Below, piece by piece: positions 1-8,967 of a stretch of DNA of 64,000 bases (position 1 is its first letter; every line of letters starts with the position of its first letter). The stretch comes from Caecitellus pseudoparvulus (taxonomy: Eukaryota; Protista; Bigyra: Bicosoecida). A program made the position numbers and the translations under genes. The stretch covers positions 42,927-106,926 of the forward strand of contig CBFFRQ010000008.1 in NCBI GenBank assembly GCA_965644315.1, read 5' to 3'. The notes under the pieces are model-generated. The model made no database searches, had not been told where the DNA came from, and saw nothing but the letters and a program-made list of their open reading frames with translations.

Positions 1-244
1 TGTACCCGTTGGGCGTGATGGGGGAGTCGTGCGAGAACAGGTTGAAGGCGTACTGGCGCCCCCACATGTCCATGGGCCAGGAATCCACGGCATCACCCCG
101 TGCCCAGGCCTTGGTCTGCTCCTCCAACTCGGCCATGGCTGCCGCGCCGGCGCCAGAAGAGGCCTGGTACGTGGACACGACGGCGCGCTGAATGCCAGCC
201 TCCTTGTGCAAGGGCCACAGCGGCACGGCCATGATGATGGTGGA

Positions 245-275
<31 letters not shown>

Positions 276-801
276 TGCAGGGCGTCGTCGGGGTTCACCT
301 CCGGCACGACAAGGGGCACGTCCGGGTGCAGGCGGAAGGCAGAGGAGTTGTCAATGACCACTGCGCCGGCGTCCACTGCGGCTGGGGCGAACTCCTTGGA
401 ACGCGCACCGCCCGCGCTGAACAGCGCAATGTCCACATCCTTGAAGCTGTCCGCGCCCAGCTCCTCCACAGTGTAGTCTGTGCCCTCGTGGGTGATGGTG
501 CTGCCTGCTGAGCGAGCTGATGCCAGCAGCTTCAGCTGTGCGGCGGCAGGCGTGGTGAAGTGCGGAGGTTCAGGCAGCGAAGGCCGACCAGTTGGGCAGG
601 CGCAGAGGACTGCGGCGCAGGACGCACGTTGCTGAAGGGCACGCCTCGCTGGGACAGCACACGGAGCAGATCCTGCCCCACTGCGCCTGTTGCGCCGGCG
701 ATGGCGATGGAGGGCGCTGCGGCTCCGCCTTTCCAGGCCTTGCCAGACGCAGCAGCTGTGCTGAGGGCACGTCGTGCGCTGGTGGCTGCCGCAGACATCA
801 T
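1..801 (-). CDS. asd: Aspartate-semialdehyde dehydrogenase with mitochondrial-type presequence; exon 1 801-628, intron 627-536, exon 2 535-<1 (3' end outside the window)
   Basis: Spliced translation MMSAAATSARRALS...IAIAGATGAVGQDLLRVL...PFSN|LKLLASARSAG...DIALFSAGG...VIDNSSAFRLHPDVPLVVPEVN...IIANPNCSTII...VSTYQASSGAG...AFNL. Contains the Rossmann GATGAVG and catalytic NPNCST motifs. The 92-nt GTGCGT...CACAG intron restores the frame. Confidence 0.96.
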
Positions 802-934
802 TTTGAAGGCGTGTAGCTTGAAGGGGGAGACGAGGGAGGCGGGGGGCGCTGGCTGCAAAGGTTTAGTTGGTTGAAGGTTGATTGGTATGTGCGGTGGTCA
901 GTGCTCTGCGCGCTGTGTTCTGCCCTGGCATCAG

Positions 935-952
935 AGGAAGTGTGCACTCCCT
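935..952. promoter_or_regulatory. Imperfect palindrome AGGAAGT-GTGC-ACTCCCT in the divergent asd/ectB promoter
   Basis: 12 contiguous bases match the reverse complement of the ectC upstream palindrome; 134 bp from the asd ATG. Confidence 0.6.
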
Positions 953-1185
953 GTGAGCTGGAGGCCCCCCTCGACCACGCCGGAGGCCTGCGCCAAAGCC
1001 CGACCAACTCGCCCACAAACGCCGTCCTGCGTCACTTTCAAACACCCACACGAATCTCCACACCACCCACATTGCTAACCCGAAGTTGCTGCACGCCAGC
1101 AACCCGTACAATCAAAGCATCAGCCCTCTCCCATCACGCTGCCGGCGGGGTGGAACAGTTGAGCAAACTCCGCAGCCACCACACA

Positions 1186-2825
1186 ATGTTGACTTCCGCT
1201 GTCGCCACAGCCGCGCGAAGCGTGCGCCTTTCCACAGCAGCTGCAGCTACCTCTCGAGGTGCTGCAGGCTTGGTGGCGTCCATGAGCACTAACGCCGCAA
1301 ACCTCAAGGTGTGTGCGCCGTCGCCCGGCCGGGCGCCCTCCAGCCAAATTTTGCGCTGCAGGCCACCTGCACCTCGCTCACACCGCCCGCTGGATGCAGA
1401 TGCCTGAGGAGCACGAATCCAACGCACGAGGCTACGTGCGCAAGTTCCCCATGTCCATCGCCAAGGCTTCAGGGGTCACCATCACAGGTGAGGCGGCCGG
1501 CTGCCCAGCACGCGCACGCACTCGCCCCGCCTCACTTCCCCTGCGCCACCCCCACAGATGTCGAGGGCAACGAGTACTTCGACTGCCTGCAGTGCGCTGG
1601 CACTCTGGCCCTGGGGCACAACCACCCCGTGGCAGTGGAGGCCGCCAAGTCCTTCCTGGACAGCGGCTCCCCCATGCAGGTGCTGGACCTGAACTCGCCC
1701 TACAAGAACGCCTTCATGAAGGAGCTGCTGGGGCTGCTGCCTGACAACCTGACCCGCCTGCACTTCGCCTCCCCTGCCGGCACGGACTGCTTGGATGCCG
1801 CCGTGAAGCTGTGCAAGGTGGCCACTGGCCGCCGCGCCGTCGTCTCCTTCCACGGCGGCTACCACGGCATGGGGCAGAGCACCATGGCCATGATGGGCAA
1901 CCTGAACACCAAGTCCAACGTGCCGGGGCTGATGGGGGACACCTACTTCCTGCCCTTCCCCTACCAGTACCGCCAGCCCTTCGGCATCAAGGACCCCGAG
2001 GAGGCTGACGCGGCTGTCATGGCGTACATCGAGACCGCCCTGCGCGATGACGAGTCGGGCATTCCCAAGCCCGCCTGCGTGGTGGTGGAGGCCATCCAGG
2101 GCGAGGGCGGCGTGCAGCCCATGTCCCCGTGGGCTATGCGCGAGCTGCGCCGCATCACCAAGGAGCAAGACATCCCCCTCGTCATCGATGAGGTGCAGGC
2201 GGGCTTCTGCCGCTCCGGCCGTGTCTTCGCCTTCCAGCACTCCGACGAGGGCCCAGAGGTGTCCGCGCCCATCGCCTCTGATGCCAAGTACGGCGGCATC
2301 AAGCCCGACGTCGTGTGCATGAGCAAGGCTGTGGGCGGCGGCATGCCCCAGGCAGTGGTGGCGTTCTCCGAGGAGCTGAACAAGTGGGCGCCCGCTGCCC
2401 ACACCGGCACTTTCCGCGGGAACCAGATCTCCTTCGCCACCGGCACAGCCACCCTGCAGTACATGCAGGAGCACAAGCTGTGGGAGAAGGCGGAGCGCCA
2501 GGGCGAGTGGCTGCAGAAGCGCTTGAACGAGCTGGCAGAGGAGACCGGCATCATCGGCGACGTGCGTGGGCGTGGGCTCATGGTGGGCGCAGAGTTGGTG
2601 CGCAAGGATGCGACGGACCACAACGGCGTGCCCATGCCAGACGGCGAGGCGGCCGCGGCGGTGCAGGCACACGCCTTCAAGGAGAAGAAGCTGATCATCG
2701 AGAAGGGCGGCCGCCACGGCGGCGTGCTGCGTTTCCTGCCCCCCCTCACCGTCACTGACGAGGAGTTGGAGCGCTGCGTGGACATGTTCAGCGACAGCGT
2801 CCGAGCAGTGGCTGCCTCTAGGTAA
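1186..2825 (+). CDS. ectB: Diaminobutyrate--2-oxoglutarate transaminase (EctB/Dat, class-III PLP aminotransferase) with mitochondrial-type presequence; exons 1186-1308, 1400-1487, 1558-2825 (~492 aa)
   Basis: Motifs ESNARGYVRKFP, DCLQCAGTLALGHNHP, FHGGYHGM, VEAIQGEGG, DEVQAGFCRSG, PDVVCMSKAVGGG (PLP Lys), HTGTFRGNQ, GDVRGRGLM. Two GT-AG introns restore the frame. An alternative first intron 1313-1361 is also frame-compatible. Adjacent to ectC. Confidence 0.92.
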
Positions 2826-2874
2826 ATGCATGTTCAACAGGGAGGCAAGCAGACTAGCGCATGCATTGGGGGGC

Positions 2875-3569
2875 CTACTTGCCCTCGAAGCCGACTGGCA
2901 CGCTGCGGGTGCCGTTCACCAGGCTAGCCGGCGGCTTGATGAGCTTCTCAGACACCGTCGCGCCGTCCATGGTGAAGTGCGCCGCGCCCTCGTCGTCCAC
3001 GGCAGGGTACACGCCGTCGGCGTTGTGGTCCTCAGTCCCCGCCACAGGCGGGTTGAAGGCGCACACAACGACGATGTCCCCCTTCGTGGCGCGCAGGTAG
3101 TGCCGCTCCTGGCCGTCCAGCCCGTACATGGTGCCGGGAGCCAGCTTGTGCACGATGCCCTCGCCTTCCTTTTGGTCGGGGCCCACCAGCTCGATTTCGC
3201 CTTCACCGTGCGTGATGAACACGGCCTCTACGTGGTTCTGGTACCAGATGAGGGTGCTGGTGCCTTCCTTCACAATGGTCCTGCACAGCGGGGTGCAAGG
3301 CGTCGGCACAAGGTGACACTACTTGCTCCGACTTTCCTGCCCGAATTCCGCACTCACCTGTGCATGCTGAACCCCATGCCGTCCTTGCGGGTCAAGTACC
3401 GCTGGGACTGCCATGTGCCCGTTGCTGCGTCCTTCACTCCGCCAGCTGCCTGCACGTCCTCAAAGGTGCGGATGATGAAGGTGCGGCTGGCCGCCGGCGT
3501 GGCGGCGCGCACGGCAGCCCTGGCTGCTCCCGCGACTCGGCTGCGCACGGCAGTGGCTGCAGACAACAT
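2875..3569 (-). CDS. ectC: L-ectoine synthase (cupin) with mitochondrial-type presequence; exons 3569-3358, 3280-2875 (~205 aa)
   Basis: FIIRTFEDV...WQSQRYLTRKDGMGFSMHR|TIVKEGT...IWYQNHVEAVFITHGEGEIE...PGTMYGLDGQERHYLRA...VCAFNPPVAGTEDHNADGVYP matches the EctC signatures, with the Glu/Tyr/His iron ligands present. 77-nt GTGAGT...TGCAG intron. Confidence 0.96.
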
Positions 3570-3704
3570 GATGGGCAGAGGGGTGTGTGTATAAAGTCAG
3601 TGGAGAAGGGAGGGTGTGAAAGGTGGGCGGTGGTTTTGCGGTGAAAGTGATGTGGCCGGGGAACACCGACTTGCGACACGCAGAAGCTGTAGACTCCGTC
3701 GGCG

Positions 3705-3726
3705 TGGTGAAGTGCACACTTCACCA
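3705..3726. promoter_or_regulatory. Perfect inverted repeat TGGTGAAGTG-CA-CACTTCACCA upstream of ectC
   Basis: 10-bp arms with a 2-bp spacer, about 138 bp upstream of the ectC ATG. The 18-bp core recurs upstream of ask. Confidence 0.72.
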
Positions 3727-3815
3727 GCGACAGCTGAGCACGCACAGCCGCGGCGACACAATGATTGCATTATCAGGCAGCAGCCGCAATTACACTAGCA
3801 GTCGGAAATGGGGTT

Positions 3816-5590
3816 TCAAGCCACCATCTCATCGTGCAGTGCAGAGAGAGCTGCCTTTGTGTCAGGCGTCGGCACAACGACGCAAAGGTTGTGCTTGGAG
3901 TTGGACACGACGGGGGGCACGTACGCCTTGATGCCCTGGTCGGAGAGGCGAGACAGCACTGCCTCGCGAGTGGTGGCCTCGTCCACCTCGTCGCCCACCA
4001 GCACCAGCATAGCGGCGTCCTCCACTGCGCGCACGCCCGTCTGGCTTGCCAGCTCCGCCTCGTCCAGTCGCATGGAGGACGAGCGCTGCAGCACCGTGGG
4101 CAGGGCGGCCTTGGTGATGCTGGTGACGGGGCCAGAGGTGGTGCCGGCATCCGTGATCAGTGTGCCGGGCAGCTCGGGGCGCAGGGTGTTCTTGACGACA
4201 ACGGGGATGCCGCGCTGCTGCGCGGGCAGCATGGTGGCGGGGTGCAGCACCTTCTTGCCGAACTGCACCAACTCATGGGCTTCGTTGTAAGAGAGGCGGG
4301 GAATGGTGGTGTCCACATCTGCATCGTGCACGACGCCTGTGAACCCGTCCTCCCAGTCCGCCATCATGCCGTCTTCGCCCTTGACGCACTCCACCTTCCA
4401 CACGACAACTGCTGCGTTGCCCTCCGTGCGTGCCAGGAGAGAAGCCAGGGTGCTGGCGGTCAGGTCGCTGCCGCCACGGCCAAAGGTGCACACGCTGCCA
4501 TCTGTGGCCTCAGGGTGGCCCCCGAAGAAGCCAGTGACGCAAGGCACGCCGCGGCCGTCCAGGATGGGGTGCAGCACGTTCTGGGCCATGTCGCGGGACG
4601 CGGCCAGATCGGGCTTGGCATCTGTGTGCACGCCGTCCGTCACGATGACGCGGTCGGCAGGGACGTACTCAGAGGGCACTCCCAGCATGCGCAGCGTGCC
4701 ACTCATCACCTGGTTGCTCATGCGCTCGCCAGCTGTGACGATGCCGTCTGAAACACGCCCCTCCAGCTTGCCGGCTTCGGCGGCTTCCAGGTACAGCCGC
4801 CACGTCGCGCCCATGGTGTCGTGCAAGTGGGTCATGCTGGTCTGCAGCTCAGTGGCAGAGCCAGCCATGAGCTCGCCTGTGGAGGGGGAGGGACAGCGTG
4901 CCGTGCCGCGTGCAAGTGGTACGTGTTTACATGCCGGCGGAAAGGGCGGGTATTGAGGAGCGCGCAGGAAAAAGTTCCGCTCCGCTCAAAGCCCGGCGGG
5001 GGGCAGGGTAGAGCACGCACCGATGACGCCCTCGTGCCAGTGCAGGAGGCGGTCATGAGTCTCTTTCAGCTTCTTCATGTCCCCTGCTTCTGCAGCTTGG
5101 CTGCACTGGATGAGGCGGTCTGTGCAGAGGCAGGCGGAACGAGGCGTGTTGGCAAAGTCGGATCAAGCGTTCGGAACGCTGCCAACCACACACCAGTCAC
5201 ACCGTAGAACGCGGAGAGCACGCCGACAGTCCTGAGAAAACGGATAGGGACAAGCTATGAATAGTTGAGCTTGGTTTGGGCGGATTTGTTTCACAGATCA
5301 GCGCCGCGAAGGCGCCAGCCTGCACGTTCGACTCTGCACACGCACCTTGAGCCGGCATCCCGGTATGCCTTGAGAAGCCGCCCAACGTTGCGCACAGCAG
5401 GCGCGTTGCCCACAGACGAGCCGCCGAACTTCATGACAACTGCGTCCAGCTTGCCCTCTGTTGCAGGCACGGCCGCCTGCTCAGGCGTTGGGGCGGTCCA
5501 TGCTGTTGCAAGGGGTCGTCCGCTGGACACGGCTCGGGAGCCAAATTGGTGTGCCACACGGGCAGCGGTGCGAGATGCGGAGGTCAACAT
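3816..5590 (-). CDS. ask: Aspartate kinase with mitochondrial-type presequence; exons 5590-5346, 5231-5194, 5119-5021, 4876-3816 (~480 aa)
   Basis: VVMKFGGSSVG, VGVLSAFYGVTD, DGIVTAGERMS, VTGFFG...TFGRGGSDLTAS, LSYNEAHELVQFGKKVLHPATMLPA, VKNTLRPELPGTLI. Three canonical introns give a continuous 481-codon frame. Confidence 0.94.
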
Positions 5591-5734
5591 GATGAGAAAA
5601 GGGATCTTTGTAGTAGGAATGAACTTTGGTGGGTGTTCATGGAGAGAAGAGGTGATGCGGGGGTCCTGTAGCGGATGGGGGAAAAGTGACCAACACGGAT
5701 CACTGCAGCAGCCCAGGGCTGCAGCGCCTGACAT

Positions 5735-5752
5735 GTGAAGTCCACACTTCAC
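5735..5752. promoter_or_regulatory. Palindrome GTGAAGT-CCAC-ACTTCAC upstream of ask
   Basis: 17/18 identical to the ectC element at 3707-3724; 145 bp upstream of the ask ATG. Confidence 0.72.
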
Positions 5753-5832
5753 CCCCCCGACACCCCCCCCCACACACACAACCCTCGGCTCAACCCTTCA
5801 CCAGCCTTCTCTTCAAGCACACAAAAGTTCTT

Positions 5833-8800
5833 GATGGGCAGTGCAACCCCTGCACTCGTGGATGTGCTGGCAGGGCGCATTTTGACAGGTGCCTCTGCAG
5901 TCCCACCATTCGCCACCCTGGATTTGAACCAGACGAAGCAGGCACGGCACTGCAGGCAACCTGACGTCCTTGAAGGGGTGAAGTAGCCGCCAGCCTGATA
6001 TGGACTTCTTGCACAATGCGGGGGCTGGGGCACCTGCCTCCGCCACAGCGTTTGCATCGGTGCGGAGGCTTGTGGGCGAAAGAGGCGATTTCCGCAGCGC
6101 ATGCTTTCCCCCGCGCCACCCCACCCTGCCTACAGGACTTTGCCCGCGTAGCCAGTGTGCCTGATGGAGCTGAAGGTCACAAGGCTCCGGAGGCAGCAGT
6201 GCTGCACGCACTGTCTCGGGGCAGCACGGCGGCCAGCACACCCGCGCTGCTCTCCGACAAGGACGCCTGCTCCGCCACCAGCAAGGCTCTAGCAGGCTGC
6301 GTCAAGATGCTGTTCCCCTACTTCGTGGACACAGCCAAGGCCGGCACATTGCAGCTGCTGCAGGCCATCCTTAGCGGCGCAGCGGCTGGTGCAGGCGGCG
6401 TCATTGCCGCACTCCTGCGCCAGCTCCCCGGTGAGTCCACGCCCAGCTCTGGCGCCAGCGTTGACGCACGCCCCCCTCCCTTCCATGACGGCGCCCCTCC
6501 CCTGTGCCACCGCAGTCGGCAGCGCGACCTGTGCCTCCATTCCCTGGTTCCTGCAGCTGACGGACCTGCTCCTGGGACCTGCCGCTGGCTGGCTGGCGGG
6601 CAACGGAAACATGCACGCGCTCTGTGCTGTGGCTGCTCTCGCCATCGCGCGTGTGCTGGGCGAGGCTGGCGTGGCCCTGCCACCACACTCCACGCCCAAG
6701 GCAGACATGGCACCTGCTGCAGCTGCGCTGCGCAACTGCGAGCGCATTGTGGCCGCTGCCGCGGCGGGGCAGGGCGTCGCCCTGCGCAAGGCAGGCGCTG
6801 AGCTGCTGCGCCTGGCGTCAGCGGCTGCACCCCACCTGCCCTCCGCTGCGGCGCTGTGGGACACCCTCAGTGCAGATGGCGTGGCGGGCCATGCCCTGCT
6901 GCCTGTGCGCGTACACCGCACCCTCATGAACTGCCGTGTGCCGCCTGAGGTGGAGCAGGGCACCAATCACTTGCTGGCCAAATGCCCCGCCAAGGCTGGC
7001 TCCACGCAGAGTACCATGCTGGCCGAGTGGCGGGAGACGCTGCGGCGGTGTGCGTGGGGTGGCGCGCCTCTCACGCCCTGCCTCGTGGCGCTGGCGAGGT
7101 ACATCCTGACCGTCATTCGCCCCTCCGCCGCCCAGATCCGCTCTCCCTTCCTGCAGCGCTGGCAGCTCCTGCCAGAGTTGTGGCAAGCAGCGCCATCGCC
7201 GGATGGAGGGCGGGAGGTGCTGCAGGCACTGCTGTGGGACTGGGCCACCTTCAATGACGATGCCAGGATCATGCAGGTGGAGCCCGTGGCACTGGCAGTG
7301 GGGGCGGCATCCGCCAGCTCTGAAGCACCAGCGCCTGGGCCACGAGCTGGCCCAGACGCTGCCACCGCCATCTTGCAGTGCCTTGCGGACATGGTGTCAC
7401 AGCCAGGCTGCTTTCAAGGGGCAGAGCCGGCGGTGGTCGCCTCTGGCGTGGCGTCGGCCCTGGGCTCGTGCGTTTCCCTGCGTGTGCTGCCAGGCCTGCA
7501 GGCTTGGGTACCAGCCCTGGAACAGGCGCCTGAACACGCTGCTCGCTTGCGGGAGGCGCTGCCAGACACGCTGGGTGGAGTTGTGGCAGCCCCTGTGACA
7601 CGGATGAAGCGCACCAGGGACGGCGAACCCGTGACTCCCTCGAGCACTCCCCACTCTTCCGGCACCCCCTCCTCGCCCGATTCAGAGCTGGGACCAGGCT
7701 CTCCACACACCACCGCAACCCCTGTCGCGGACACAGTGGCTTCCTGGGGCTCCAGTGTCTTGAGCACGCTGCAGGGCGCGGCGGTGCTGTCCACGGGGGC
7801 CACCCACACAAGCTCTGAGGAGCTGGTGCTGCCCATGGCCACGGCCTGCTCTGGCCACGTCTTGGTGGAGGCCCTCACACCTGCTCTGACCAGCATTCTT
7901 GAGGGTGGTGGCGATGACGCCCCAGCCACCCTGCCCCAGCGCGTCCGAGCCGTCGCTGAGCCGCTGGCTGAGGCGGTCGGGCCGTGGGTGTGGGACGCGG
8001 TGGGCGTGGGAGCCCTTCTCGCCTCCACCACCACCTCTTCCTCCACCACCCTCACTGCCCTGCACACAGAGACACTGCCCAAGGCTGCCCTCCTCCTCCT
8101 CGCGCTTGTGGACACCCTGCTCCACTCCAAGGCGGGCTCATCTGGGGCCGAGGGAGGGGGCGGGGGGGACACACACCCCCTCGCCCAGACAGCAGCTGCA
8201 CTGCTGCACGCAGTGGACGGCTTGGCAACGCTAGACCAAGTCATGCCGCACTTCCAGGAGGCTGAGGAGGGGGAGCACACGAGCAACGGCGGGGTGGTGG
8301 CCCTGCTATGCCTGGGCGCCGCCACCATCCCTGCCCACAGGCCCGCTGCGCCCACCATGCTGGCCCTGGCTGCTCAGGGCGACCTGGCCGAGTGGCTGGA
8401 GTCTGCTGCAGGGGCTGCCGACGCGCTGGACGTCGTGGGGGAGCTGGGCGGCGGCACCCCCCGCATTGCCGAGTGGTTCACGGAGGTTGCGCTGCCCACT
8501 CTGCTCCCGGCAGACCTGCTGACAGCCGACCCCCCCAGTCCCCTCACCTGCGCCGTCGCTGGGCGTGGTTGGTGGCTCACGCACGTCGCCATGCACACTA
8601 GTGCCTGGCGGCTGCCCCAGCTCACCCACCCATCCGCGCCAGCCCCCGGCAAGTCCACCCCCCTCCCGCTCCTGGCGCTGTCCCTACTGCACTGCCCCGC
8701 CGCCCTAGACACTGCCAGCCTCAGCGCCGCAACAAATGCCCTCGTGGGCGCCTTGAGTCCCTCCAGTGGGCACGCCTTGGGGCAGTTGCCCGGCCCCGCT

Positions 8801-8953
8801 GCCTTCAACCTTCTCCTGCGGTGGTTGCTGCTGCTGAAGGGGCTAGGAGTGCCTGCTGAAGCTTGGGCCGGCATCACGCAGCTGGCACAGGGGTCGGAGG
8901 AGACACCTGCAGCGGTGGCAGCTGCTTCCTTGTCCACCATGGGCCTGCTGTAG
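5833..8953 (+). CDS. INTS3: Integrator complex subunit 3 (SOSS-A)-like protein; intron-containing, start uncertain
   Basis: LMNCRVPPEVE...LARYILTVIRPSAAQIRSPFLQRWQLL...LQALLWDWATFNDDARIMQVEPVAL resembles the INTS3 core (LIRYIC..HPS.E...PRW...LALFYDWLFF...IMNIEP). The upstream exon ends GVIAALLRQLPG at a GTGAGT donor near 6430. Confidence 0.75.
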
Positions 8954-8967
8954 GGCAGCCAATGCAT

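Noticed and set aside
1-5590. Bacterial contaminant or intact ect operon
   Set aside because: The genes have frame-restoring GT-AG introns, presequences and mixed orientation, and they are contiguous with eukaryote-specific genes.
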